64,000 nt of DNA from Octopus sinensis (Eukaryota). Below the pieces are notes generated by a model that saw nothing but the letters and a program-made list of their open reading frames with translations, had not been told where the DNA came from and did not search any database. Positions within the stretch are counted from its first letter, which is position 1. Each line of letters opens with the position of its first letter. Where the stretch lies: the NCBI RefSeq assembly GCF_006345805.1, contig NC_043002.1, positions 7,936,001 to 8,000,000 on the forward strand, read 5' to 3'. The position numbers and the translations under genes are program-made. Below, one piece after another: positions 50,060 through 63,407 of the stretch.

Positions 50060-50060
<1 letters not shown>
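49522..50060. mobile_element. (TA)n-flanked fold-back element (arms 49618-49765 and 49911-50060), Penelope-like
   Basis: About 150-bp inverted repeat with a hammerhead-like motif in the spacer. Confidence 0.72.
49810..49884 (+). ncRNA. Type I hammerhead-like motif with intact core but mutated stems
   Basis: ctatg-CTGATGA-hairpin-GAAA-ccaataga-TA-catag. Confidence 0.55.
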
Positions 50061-50126
<66 letters not shown>

Positions 50127-50271
50127 TGATATTGATATTGATATTGATGTTTAGCAGAAGTAACAGTGGCACAAGAGAAGACAGTTTCGTGCGTTGCGAC
50201 TTATCAAACTAGTCACACATATATGTGTGCGTGTGTGTATAAACATGTGTGTGTGAATCTTTTATTTTTTT

Positions 50272-50675
50272 CACCCATTAGACTGTGGCTAAAACCCCAT
50301 CTTGAAGAATTTTAATCGAACTATTTGAACTAATCGAACCTAGTACTTATTTATATTTTAAGCTTAGTACTTACTCTATCTGTGTCTTTTACCGAATCGC
50401 TAGGTTATGGGGACGTAAATGCACAAACATCGGTTGTCAAGTGGTGGAGCAGGACATATACACACACACATACATCCATAATATATATCATATATACATA
50501 TATGTGTGTGTGTGTGTGTGTATACGACAGGCTTCTTTCAGTTTCCGTCTACTAAATCAACTCACAAGGCTTTGGGCGGACCGGGGCTATAACGGAAAAC
50601 ACTTGCCCAATGTGCTACGATGCGGACTGAACCCGGAATAATGTAGTTGGAAAGCAAAGTTTTTACCACACACCC
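50272..50675 (-). mobile_element. Diverged SINE family A
   Basis: Similarity to other copies. Confidence 0.8.
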
Positions 50676-51390
50676 AGAACTATATATATATATATATACA
50701 TGCACACATCCATCCATCCATCCACACATACATACATACATACATACATACATACATACATACATACATACATACATACATACATACATACATGCATACA
50801 TAGACATGTAGACAGACAGACAGATCTCTGTGTGTATTTGCATGTATACATGTATGCGTCTGTGTGTGTATTGTGGACCCGTACGTAAATATATTATTAT
50901 ACAGATACTGCGCTAAAACTGTAAGTTTACACAATCTCACTGGCACATTCATCGTTAAAAGCTGCTGCAAGGAACGGTGCCGTTATTGATGCAGGATGGC
51001 TGCGACGAGATGAAGTGTGTGTGGGGGGGAAAAGCTATTATTGAAATTTGAAGTGATGTGTCAGTTCCTTGACAGAAACATCGATGACATAGTAAATTTT
51101 GCTTTCGATATTGAGTAGTGTGGACCTTCGGATGAAATCATCGCTTTTTCCCGGTGAAAAATCAAAATAAATAAAAAGAAGTTTTGATGAAGATATTCTC
51201 CATTGAAGAATAATGGTCACCGTTGTTCTTGCAGTTGTCGTTGTTTTTGGTTCTGTTGTTGTTGTTTCAATTTCTTTGGTTCTCATCTCTTTTAGGATGT
51301 CTTCTCCCTCTGTCTTTTAATATATTATTCTTTTCTTTGTATATATGTATATCTGTATATATATATATGTATACATACATACATATACAT

Positions 51391-51423
<33 letters not shown>

Positions 51424-51480
51424 TGTATGTATGTATGTATGTATGTATGTTATTATATGTTATATAATTATATATATATG

Positions 51481-51583
<103 letters not shown>

Positions 51584-52338
51584 CGCTTTCTCTCCTCTCT
51601 CTTCTCTCTCACATACACGCCTACACGCACAGACACAACACACATATGTGTATGGTTGTGTGTGTGTATATGTTCTCGTTTTCTTTTTGTATGCGTTATT
51701 TTTTTTTCTTCGTCTTTTTTTTTTCTTTATTTGTTCCTAAATTGTCCGGGAGACAAAATGAAAGTCACGGTTGAGATACTTTTGCAATGGCCACTTTCCC
51801 GGAACGAAAGGCGGGAAAAACGATCGATTATTTACCATTCACTTTAATTACTGGCTTCTTCAGTTCTCGATAGCACACGTGTCCTTAATGGGGATTGGTT
51901 GTCTCGCTTGACTTGCTCTCTTTAATTGGACACTTGGTGCCCTTCTCAACGAAAGAAAAATTCTGTCGAAGATTTCGGCAAAATGAAATAAATAAGTTCA
52001 ATTTCCATTTGGAAATACATATATTATCTGAATTCAGAAAATGGTTTCCCTTTATGGCGCATACATTCTTAGTTATAGTAATTAAGATCTGATACCAAAT
52101 TCCTAATGATTTGTGTCTGTAATATTAGTAAAACGTTGCCAATTATATTATTAGCAAGATTAATAAGTGCAAATAGAAGCAGTACAATTTAATCATTACC
52201 AGATCAGCGAAATTTTCGAGTAAGATCGAATCTACGACGTAGTTTCGATTCCTACCAGAATCTATTCCATTCTATTTTTTGCATTATAGATGCCAGGTGA
52301 CAAAGTATCAAATTTACCAAACCTTCTGAAGGGTTTTG

Positions 52339-52478
52339 TTGTGTCTGGGGAGTCATTTTCTTTTTGTGCCTTTTAAATTTAACACACTCACCGGTAAAAT
52401 TTCCACTTATTTCTTATTTTTATTGTGAGTGTGTTAAATAATAAGGCACAAAAAGAAAATGACTCTCCCCAGACACAA
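52339..52478. mobile_element. Short fold-back (arms 52339-52391 and 52425-52478)
   Basis: About 53-bp inverted repeat with a 33-bp spacer. Confidence 0.7.
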
Positions 52479-52893
52479 TAGAATATGCTTCAACACACGA
52501 ACTCATATAAAGAATCTTGCAAACCAAACCCAAAAACGAAATCTGAAAGGTTTTATTTTCCCTTTATTCCAATCCCACTTCTAGAGTTATAATCACAAGC
52601 AATTTTGCCTATAAAGATTACTGCTTCACAGACCACCGCCAGCTACTTATACTATCATAGAAATAGGTTATGGAACATTGCTTTTATACACATTTTCATT
52701 AATATTTTGGCGTAGTGCTTCCCCGATGAGTAGTCGATATTATCTATCATTCAAACTCAAAGTTTGTTGGAACACTTGAATTCTTGCATGTATAGCGGGC
52801 TTGCTACCTCTAGCCAACAGTATCATGCTATTTGTTCTCCTCATCATCATCATCCTCTTCCTCCTCCTCCTCGTCGTCGTGGTCGTTCTTGTT

Positions 52894-53045
52894 CACGTTC
52901 TGAGTTCAAATTCCGCCAAAGTCGACTTTACCTTTTAGGGTCGATAAAATAAGTACCAATTAATTACTGGGGGCAATGTAATCGACTTACCCCCTACTCC
53001 GCACGTGCTGGCCTTTTACCAAAATTTGAAACCATTATCATTATT
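52894..53045 (+). mobile_element. SINE family B body with an alternative tail (type iii)
   Basis: After gtaatcgactta it continues ccccc...ctggcctt..ccaaaatttgaaaccatt. Confidence 0.75.
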
Positions 53046-53051
53046 ATTATT

Positions 53052-53903
53052 TTTAAGACGTCGCGCAGCATCCAATATCGTGATGTTGTTGATTGAAGAT
53101 ATTATGTCTTCCGGGGTTTTGTACAGAGATTACTTTGCGTATTATGCATGCAGTTCCAAGTAATGCTGAGTTTTGCTTTACACCTAGATTGTAGGCTATT
53201 TCTAAAGTTTCCAGATGTTTGTTTTTTTCAAGTTGGTGGTATTGAAACCAATGCTCCGATGACAATAGGGACAACCTTTATGTTTGACTCTTATGGCTGT
53301 CACATCTTCGCGATCTCAATTCTCAGGTCTGCATATTTATCAATCTTTTCTCTTTCTTTCATGATAATATGTTGATCTCCTGGCACTGCCACGTCGATAA
53401 TTAGGCACTCTTGTTTCTCCCTCTTAAAGGTTACTATATCTGGTCTTCGGTGCTCTAACACTTTTTCTGTCTGGAAGTCAAAGCCCCATTTTGTCCATTA
53501 CCTTTTCCGGTGTATGTCGGTGCCAAGCACCCGTTATCTTGTACCCATACTTCCGGCATAGTAGCCACTGAAGGTTTGGGGTTACCTTGTCGAGTCTGCG
53601 CTTTTACTCTTTCAGCACAAGCCTTTCACAAACACTAACAATGTGAGTCACGCTTTCAATCCTCTTCCCACACATTCTGCAGAGGTTCGTTGCACTTATG
53701 TGGTACATATCCCTTTTCACTGAGTTGGTATTCAATGCCTGGTCGTGGGCAGCAATGATTGGGCTTTCAGTCTTCTTTTTTAGGTCACCCTTACTGAGCC
53801 ACCCCTATGATACTTCCTGGTCTTTTGATTTGTTAATTTCGCGGTGGAACTGACCATGTAATTCCATGCGGAGTAGGGTTTCTTCTCTCTCGTTGGCTAT
53901 TAT
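53052..53903 (-). mobile_element. RLE-type (R4/Dong-like) LINE 3' fragment
   Basis: LHGQF; AA(H)DQALNT; CRMC..ESVTHIVSVC knuckle; RPDIV..IIDVAVP..EK.DKY endonuclease; (AAT)n on both sides. Confidence 0.9.
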
Positions 53904-53911
53904 CATTACTA

Positions 53912-53973
<62 letters not shown>

Positions 53974-53995
53974 GTTGTTATTATTATTATTATTA

Positions 53996-54035
<40 letters not shown>

Positions 54036-54467
54036 TGGGCGCTAAATTAGCAGGATGACAAGATGCTTTTGTGTTTTTCTCCCAGTTTTTTTTTCATTAT
54101 ATGTATTATGTGAATAAATATTTATAAACACGCACATATAAGTATATGTGTATGCTTGACTGTGTGTTTTCGTAGAGCATCGGATAAAATGCTTTAAATA
54201 TTGTTTCGGCTCCTTGCGCTCTAAGTTCAATTCCTGCCAACGTTCACATAGCGTTTCATCTTTCCAGAGTTGATAAGAATAGCATTTAACCAGTGTTAAT
54301 GTTGCCCTCTCTTCAGCTACATTCTAGAGGTTCTGCCAATATAAAAGGACCGACAGCGTATCTGTGTTTGCTCGCAACTACATTGGCCCCCAAAACATTT
54401 AGCAAAAGTATGAAACATAAAACGTCACAAGCCGCTTGCGAGTAACGGCTATAGTTTAGTTTAGTTT

Positions 54468-55063
54468 ATTGGCAGAAACGTTAGCACGCCGGGCGAAATG
54501 CGCAGCCGTATTTCGTCTGCCGTTACGTTCTGAGTTCAAATTCCGCCTAGTCGACTTTGCCTTTCATCCTTCGGGGTCGATAAATTAAGTACCAGTTACG
54601 CACTGGGATCGATGTATATCGACTTAATCCGTTTGTCTGTCCTTGTTTGTCCCCTCTGGTTGTAGCCCCTTGTGGGTAGTAAAAATAGGTATTTCGTCTG
54701 CCGTTACGTCCTGGTTCAAATTCCGCCGAGGTTGACTTTGCCTTTCATCCTCTCTGGGGTCGATAAATTAAGTACCAGTTACGCACTGGGGTCGATGTAA
54801 TCGACTTAATCCGTTTGTCTGTCCTTGTTTGTCCCCTCTGTGTTTAGCCCCTGTGGGTAGTAAAGAAATAGGTATTTCGTCTGCCGTTACGTCCTGGGTT
54901 CCAATTCCGTCAAATTCCTCCAGGTCGACTGTGCCTTTCATCCTTTCGGGGGCGATAAATTAAGTACCAGTTACGCACTGGGGTCGATGTAATCGACTTA
55001 ATCCGTTTGTCTGTCCTTGTTTGTCCCCTCTGTGTTTAGCCCCTTGTGGGTAGTAAAGAAATA
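54468..55063 (+). mobile_element. SINE family B, head + 3 units
   Basis: Junctions aaataggtatttcgtctgcc at about 54688 and 54871. Confidence 0.92.
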
Positions 55064-55202
55064 TATATATATTGCTGGCCTGAGAAACAATTGTGACTGC
55101 TTTAGTTTTAAGACAGCTGAGTATTTTGGCTGACAGAGTTGGTTGGGGCCTTCGGAAATTTCGGATACTTACGTTCTGAGTTCAATCCCTCTGCAGTCGA
55201 AC

Positions 55203-57299
55203 TTGCTTTACATGTCTTTTCCTTTATTGACCTACTGTTGTAGGTCAAGTCTATCAAATATACTCTCTTCTCGGCAAATTTATCCCTGTAGCTATTGAGT
55301 AAGTAGAGCTTTCACTTCAGTTGTTCCAACTGTGTCCATCACGTTCTTTATCGAATATTGTGTATTTTCGGCACACAATTTCAAAGGTACATTTTTAAGG
55401 AGATTTGGCTGTTATTTTTAGTAGGCCAAATAGCCCCCTATAAGCACCGTGGTAGCCCTGCTAGAAACTCTCTGTGCAATCAGAACACTCTCGTCCCATA
55501 ATATCATTGCTTTAATGCATTCATGCATTAACATATTATGTTAGTCGCCGCTGTTGTTGACACAGTCTTTGTTATTGTTGTGGCTATTGTTGTCAATGCC
55601 TTAGGGATATTTGGTTCCTACTTCTAGCAGGTTGAGCGACAGTATTGAAGCTTCCCAGTAGCACATATATATATATATATATGTAGAATTTGTTAATGTT
55701 TTGCCGTTGCAATTTGGGCTGCACAATAATGACAACAACAACAACAACAACTATATTTTGTATAGAACTGAACTGAATTGGTTTGAACTGAATAAATAGC
55801 TTATATTTCGTTGGACAAAAAGCAGCGCTGGTGTTTTAATATATTTAGTAATCATAAGACAGACCTTATGACACTTCTTGACACGGTTCATTTGACAGAT
55901 GTCAGAAGCCAATTGCCTTGAAACGGTTCGGTTGTTAGATGCCAGGCAATGAAGCACTTTCTTTTCTTTTTTTTTTTTGTCTTTTTTTTATGCTTTTGTT
56001 TTTAATGGGTGGATACAGTCGAATGATTCGACATTAGACAAGCTGACGCTTTTCTTTCTTCCTACGTACGATCCAATGTTAAGGTGTCAAAATCTTGGAA
56101 GACAACACGCTGAGTTATATACGTTGCACAGATGCTACAAAGTAGGATTCTCTCACGCAGACCGTTCACACATCAGAATCTATTAAGGAAAGGCTCTGTC
56201 TGGAGNNNNNNNNNNNNNNNNNNNNNNNNNNNNNNNNNNNNNNNNNNNNNNNNNNNNNNNNNNNNNNNNNNNNNNNNNNNNNNNNNNNNNNNNNNNNNNN
56301 NNNNNTTGCTTAACATGTCTTTTCCTTTATTGACCTACTGTTGTAGGTCAAGTCTATCAAATATACTCTCTTCTCGGCAAATTTATCCCTGTAGCTATGA
56401 GTAAGTAGAGCTTTCACTTCAGTTGTTCCAACTGTGTCCACTCACGTTCTTTATCGAATATTGTGTATTTTCGGCACACAATTTCAAAGGTACATTTTTA
56501 AGGAGATTTGGCTGTTATTTTTAGTAGGCCAAAATAGCCCCCTATAAAGCACCGTGGTAGCCATGCTAGAAAATCTCTGTGCAATCAGAACACTCTCGTC
56601 CCATAATATCATTGCTTTTAATGCATTCATGCATTAAAATATTATGTTAGTCGCCGCTGTTGTTGACACAGTCTTTGTTATGTTGTGGTATTGTTGTCAA
56701 TGCCTTAGGGATATGTTGGTCCTACTTCTAGCAGGTTGAGCGACAGTATTGAAGCTTCCCAGTAGCACATATATAATATATTATATGTAGAATTTGTTAA
56801 TGTTTTGCCGTTGCAATTTGGGCTGCACAATAATGACAACAACAACAACTATATTTTGTATAGAACTGAACTGAATTGGTTTGAACTGAATAAATAGCTT
56901 ATATTTCGTTGGACAAAAAGCAGCGCTGGTGTTTTAATATATTTAGTAATCATAAGACAGACCTTATGACACTTCTTGACACGGTTCATTTGACAGATGT
57001 CAGAAGCCAATTGCCTTGAAACGGTTCGGTTGTTAGATGCCAGGCAATGAAGCACTTTCTTTCTTTTTTTTTTTTTGTCTTTTTTATGCTTTTGTTTTTA
57101 ATGGTGGATACAGTCGAATGATTCGACATTAGACAAGCTGGACGCTTTCTTTCTTCCTACGTACGATCAATGTTAAGGTGTCAAAATCTTGGAAGACAAC
57201 ACGCTGAGTTATATACGTTGCACAGATGCTACAAAGTAGGATTCTCTCACGCAGACCGTTCCAACATCAGAATCTATTAAGGAAAGGCTCTGTCTGGAG
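55203..57299. other. 100-N gap (56206-56305) flanked by a ~1-kb near-identical direct duplication
   Basis: 55203-56205 matches 56306-57299, with mostly 1-bp indel differences. Confidence 0.9.
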
Positions 57300-57494
57300 T
57301 CTCTGGTACTTCCTTGTTTGGTGCAGCGGGGGTGGGAGTGGGGCTGATAATGTCAGCCAAACAAGGTAGATAGCGTAATGAATATTAAGTTTCATTAGTT
57401 TCATTAGGTCAGTTATTGTTGGGAATAAATGACGGTGGCTTTTACTGTAATTATCATTCATTGAAAGGTACAGCAGTCAAACAGTACTCTTAGA

Positions 57495-57502
57495 TAATAA
57501 TG

Positions 57503-57553
<51 letters not shown>

Positions 57554-57590
57554 TGAAGAAGAAGATGATGAGGGATGAAGAAGAGAAGAA

Positions 57591-57621
<31 letters not shown>

Positions 57622-58005
57622 ATGATGATTGATTGAAGAAGAAGATTTGAAGGAGTAGGAGAGGAGGAGGAGGAGGAGATAAAAAGAAGGAAGAAGGAAG
57701 AAGAAGAAGAAGATGGATGATGATGATGATTGATGATGATGATGTTGATTGATGATTGATGATGATGAAGAAGATGAGGGGAAGGATGCGAGGGGAGATA
57801 GAAGAAGAAAGGAAGAAGAAAGAAGAAGAAGATGCTGATGTTGATGATGATGAAGAAGAAGAAGGAAGAGAGAAGAAGAAGAAGAAGAAGAAGAAGAAGA
57901 AGAAGAAGACAAGAAGAGAGATGATGATGATGATGATTGATGATGAGGATGATGAGGATGATGATGAAGAAGAAGAAGAGAAGAAGAAGAAGAAGAAGAA
58001 GAAGA

Positions 58006-58040
<35 letters not shown>

Positions 58041-58130
58041 CAGAGAAGAAAGAAGAAGAAGAAGAAGAAGAAGAAGAAGAAAAAAAAGAAGGAAAGAGAA
58101 GAAAAGAAGAAGAAGAAGAAGAAGAAGTCG
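57495..58130. repeat. (AAT)/(GAT)/(GAA) arrays
   Basis: Direct inspection. Confidence 0.95.
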
Positions 58131-58134
58131 ATGA

Positions 58135-58300
58135 TTAGATTGATCCCAGTGCTCCACTAGTATCGTATTTTCTTGACTCCGAAATTGATGGAAGGCAAAG
58201 TTGAACTCAGTGGGATTTGAGCTTAGAACGTAAAGAGTCGGAAAAATGCCACTCAACATTTTGTCCAACGCCATAACGTTTCTGCCAGCTCGTCACCTTA
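58135..58300 (-). mobile_element. Diverged SINE family B
   Basis: ctgccagctcgtcacctt head and body similarity. Confidence 0.7.
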
Positions 58301-58509
58301 AATAATAGTGCAAAATGTTTTTTTTTTCCGATTCTCTAACAATTCTTGGATTCGTTGCCATAAGAACCATAAGAACTATATTAGTTGTTAAACAGTAATT
58401 ACAACAATGCTTGCAGGGATTCCCAAAGAGGTGCTCAACCTAAATGCCATTGATAGAAGACAGCAGTGTCCGGCAGATTTAACAATAATGAAAAATTAAC
58501 TCATTTTTA

Positions 58510-58907
58510 TACTCTTTTACTCTTTTACTTGTTTCAGTTCTTTGACTGTGGTCATGCTGGAGCACCGCCTTTAGTCGGTCAAATCGATCCCAGGACTTAT
58601 TCTATCGGTCTCATTTGCCGAACCGCTAAGTTACAGGGAACATAAATACACCAGCATCGGTTGTCAAGCGATGCTGGGGGGACAAACACAGACACACAAA
58701 CATATACACGCACATACATACATACACATATATACATATATACGACAGGCTTCTTTTCAGTTTCCGTCTACCAAATCCACCCACAAGGCTTTGGTCGGCC
58801 CGAGGCTATAGCAGAAGACACTTGCCCAAGGTGTCACGCAGTGGGACTGAACCCGGAACTATGTGGTTGGTAAGGAAGCTACTTACCACACAGTCACTCC
58901 TACGCCT
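58510..58907 (-). mobile_element. SINE family A
   Basis: Identity to other copies. Confidence 0.92.
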
Positions 58908-59267
58908 ATTGAAAGAAACTGCTTATGCAAAATTGAATGTAATTTAATTGTGACAAGGGAACAAAAAGTCTCTATATGGTTGATCGACTGGCAAAGAAAA
59001 ACAGCCGTATCTTCCTCAAATCATACCATATCGTCTTGAAAGAAAAAAAATAACTAGCTAAACTAGCAAACATATTGGCTAATGTAATCCTATAAATTTT
59101 ATGAATGAAAACAGGATGGGACGGAACGCTTTTTGTCATATGTATTCTCAATACAATACTTTTCAGAATCTCGTGACTCTTGACAGGAATAGGAAGATTG
59201 TTGAAACAAACCAATAACAGCAGTTGGTTTGGATAGGATTGTCCTGTGAGCTCTGTGAATACATAAT

Positions 59268-59669
59268 CCTTTCTACTGTAAGCACAAGGCCTGAAATTTT
59301 GGGGGAGGGAACTAGTCGATTACATCGACCCCAGTGTGTAACTGGTATTTAATTTATCGACCCCGAAAGGATGAAAGGTGAAGTCGACCTCGGCGGAATT
59401 TGAACTCACAACGTAACGGCAGACGAAATACCTACTTCTTTACTACCCACAAGGGGCTAAACACAGAGAGGACAAACAAGGATAGACAAACGGATTAAGT
59501 CGATTACATCGACCCCAGTGCGTAACTGGTACTTATTTAATCGACCCCGAAAGGATGACAGGCAAAGTCGACCTCGACAGAATTTGAACTCAGAACGTAG
59601 CGGCAGACGAAATACGGCTACGCATTTCACCCGGCGTGCTAACGTTTCTGCCAGCTCGCCGCCCTTCTA
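59268..59669 (-). mobile_element. SINE family B heterodimer (tail i unit followed by tail ii unit)
   Basis: TSD tgaatacataat (59256-59267 and 59670-59681). Confidence 0.9.
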
Positions 59670-59884
59670 TGAATACATAATGCGACCTACACTAACCCCA
59701 ATGAAATTGAGTCCATATGCTCATGCTGAAACAACATACGCCCACTTGCTCTATCTAGTAACGAAAAAAACTATAATTTATGAAGCAGATGTTACATCTC
59801 CCACCACACCACCACCACCACAAAATCTCAGTAAAGTACATGAACGATACATAGAAATGGTTCACTAGACGTTTAGGCAGATAT

Positions 59885-60118
59885 TTATTTCTGTACTACC
59901 CACAAGGGGCTAAACACAGAGGGGACAAACAAGGACAGACAAATGGATTAAGTCGATTACATTGACCCCAGTGCGTAACTGGTACTTATCTAATCGACCC
60001 CGAAAGGATGAAAGGCAAAGTCGACCTCGGCGGAATTTGAACTCGGAACGTAACGACAGACGAAATATGGCTACGCATTTCGCCCGGCATGCTAACGTTT
60101 CTGCCAGCTCGCCGCCTT
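59885..60118 (-). mobile_element. SINE family B, head + 1 unit
   Basis: TSD tttaggca(a)gatatt. Confidence 0.92.
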
Positions 60119-60337
60119 TAGGCAAGATATTCTTGAACCATACATCCGCTTCTAGACACATCGATACAAGAAATACAGCATAAAACCAGCTGACTACACC
60201 TGGCGGCGAAAATAAAAATTACGACATAAAATGGCAAACCTTCACAGTAATTGAAACGAAAGATGTCATCATTGCGCTGCGGAAAAACTCATTATTCTTT
60301 GAAAATCTTCATAAATAAATATAACTATGTAACTACT

Positions 60338-60618
60338 GGAGGCGCAGTGGCCCAGTGGTTAGGCAGCGGACTCGCGGTTGTAGGATCGCGGTTTCGATTC
60401 CCAGACTGGGTGTTGTGAGTGTTTATTGAGCGAAAACACCTAAAGCTACACGAGGCTCCGGCAGGGGATGGGGGGTGGCGACCTCTGCTGTAGTCTTTCG
60501 CCGCAAATTTCTCTCACTCTTTCTTCTGTTGGCCTGCTCAAACAATGGCTAAAACAATGCGAAGCGCATTGTGACCAGTGATGCGTAACAACATTTGATA
60601 ACCTGGTCGGTCACGGTG
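60338..60618 (+). mobile_element. SINE family C, tail type 2
   Basis: TSD atgtaactact. Confidence 0.92.
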
Positions 60619-61455
60619 ATGTAACTACTAAATCAGAAATTTTGGTGAAGTGAAAAATGTTTATTAAGCAAATGGACCATAACGTTTTTACTATTTTAAC
60701 TTCCACAAGGCACACACATGCACGCTTTTGTCTTTTGCTTCAGTTATGAATTTTACATATTAAATACATTCCTGACAACTAGTACGGACATATATGTGGG
60801 TCGGGAGGTACAAATACACACACACACACGCACATACATATATATATAGTTACATATATATAGTTATATACATATTCACACATACATATTTGTATTTGTG
60901 TGTATGTATACTGATAGCATGTTATAAATATGCATAAAATAATGATATATGTTATAGATACATAAATTCACTCAGAATTCTTACAACCAGCCTCAAACAC
61001 CCGGTAGAGAGTTCCATCCCTCGAAATGTGTTGAATCCGATGCTGAATACCGCAAGAAAAACACAGCCATGGGGAACAAACATGTGGCAGCGCGTCACGC
61101 CATGCAAACCATTAACGCTACAGTGCACTACCATAATACTATGCGCCACTGACCACACAAAGCAGATAAAACAGTCAAGCGAGCAGAACTCTGCGTCCCA
61201 AACGCGCATGCACTGATAAAATGGGCCTGGTGTACAATTGGACGGCCGAAGCTGACACGCGTGAAGCTTAACCACAACGGTCACGATTATTCTGGAGCAC
61301 GTTTACGATTATCCTGGAACCCGTTTGCGACACCCGATAATGTGTGTGACCATGGCTTGTTAGCCACAAAATAACAACTGTTTTAATAAGCAGCACCGGT
61401 GTACGGGTAAGATCTAAGTTTCGCTTAATAAATGAAAGATATGACTTGAGAACCG

Positions 61456-61870
61456 ATTTCTTTACTACCCACAAGGGGCTAAACACAGAGGGGACAAACA
61501 AGGACAGACGAACGGATTAAGTCGATTACATCGACCCCAGTGCGTAACTGGTACTTAATTTATCGACCTCCGAAAGGATGAAAGGTGAAGTCGACCTCGG
61601 CGGAATTTGAACTCAGAACGTAGCGGCAGACAAAATACCTATTTCTTTACTACCCGCAAGGGACTAAACACAGAGAGGACAAACAAGGACAGACAAACGG
61701 ATTAATTCGATTACATCGACCCCAGTGCGTAACTGCTACTTAATCTATCGACCTCGAAAGGATGAAAGACAAAGTCGACCTCGGCGGAATTTGAACTCAG
61801 AACTTAGCGACGGGCGAAATACGGCTACGCATTTCGCCCGGCGTGCTAACGCGTCTGCCAGCTCGCCGCT
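61456..61870 (-). mobile_element. SINE family B, head + 2 units
   Basis: Same junction; short TSD cttgag(a/t)acc. Confidence 0.92.
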
Positions 61871-62524
61871 TGAGTACCACCAAACTATCTTACTCAGTCA
61901 AATGCAAAATCACCAAAATCCAAGTAAAATCTAAGATCATTGCAGACGGTTGCAGATCAAGAACTATATTAGCTTCACCTGCAAGGTCTTTATTGGAAGT
62001 GATAAGCTTCCTTTATCAAGGCTAAAGAGGCTAAGAGCACCCAGAGGATTTACAACGCGCTTGTCTGAACATTGTCTATTTTACTGTACCCTGTATACAT
62101 TTATCTACACACAAATATACACACTCACACGCACACACACACACACACACACAACACACACACACACACACACACCATGCACGTACGTATGCTCACAAAA
62201 TGAATTTCCGTCGGTTTCGACAATGTTCGGTTGTTAGATCAAATCTCACACAATTCACATAGATGTTTACCGTAAATCTCGGGTAAAAAATCAATGTAAC
62301 ACAATGTGACAAAGCTAGACAATTGCATTACGGGTACAATCTACCCGACATACTCCTGCACAGTTTCTGTCTGCCAAATTCCGCTTAGAAAGCTTGGACT
62401 GGCCAGACACTACGATAAAAGACAGTTACTCGAGATGCGGTGCTGTGGAATCGAGCCTAGGCCTTCATGATTGTGAAACACTCTTAACTATTCGACCATA
62501 GTTCATACGCATACACATACATGC

Positions 62525-62592
<68 letters not shown>

Positions 62593-62601
62593 ATATTATA
62601 T

Positions 62602-62650
<49 letters not shown>

Positions 62651-62683
62651 GCATACATGCATATATACATATATATATATATA

Positions 62684-62895
62684 TTTAAAATGAGGGTGGG
62701 AAATTAGATATTAATTTAATTACATTGATTTCACACCAGTGGTCTAGCATATAAAAAAAATGAAGGTTCAGTAAAATTGTATTATATACATATTAGAGGG
62801 AAACCACTATGTGGACACCCTTATGCTAGAAATAGATCCGCTATGGTCTTAGCTATGGACCATAGCTGATCTAATTCTAGCATAAGGGTGTCCAC

Positions 62896-62900
<5 letters not shown>
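62684..62900. mobile_element. (TA)n-flanked short fold-back (62808-62898), same family as 49522-50060
   Basis: About 41-bp arms; shares accagtgg(t)ctagcatat and ttagagg..accacta..gtggaca with the 49.5-kb element. Confidence 0.72.
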
Positions 62901-62927
<27 letters not shown>

Positions 62928-63407
62928 CATATGCATATATCACACACATATACACACGTACACGCATGCATATATGCATGCATACATACACACATACACA
63001 CAAATATACCATTGAACTGTAGACTTTCGAGCCTTTTCAATCATTACATTGTTTCAGTTATTTGACATTTCTCTTCCCCCCTCCCCCAACCCTCATTTCC
63101 TTATTCTCTTATTTCTTTATCCGGCCTCTAACAAGATAATGTTTATTGTTTATATATGTAATTTATTATCATCAATTACTGATTCCTGCCTCTAATCACT
63201 TCTTTCAGAATAAAACTTCTATCTTCAGCCAACCATCACATTATCTCCCTTCTTCTCTAACAAAACATTCCTATTATGTTTATCATAAGGTTAACTGACT
63301 TAGCGGCCATTTTACTTCGTTTTAGGAACCAACAAACTAGCAAATTCGCGGAATGTATTTAAGGGTAAGAAAGAGAGTAATAAAGAGAATGCGTGTGTTT
63401 GGATATA

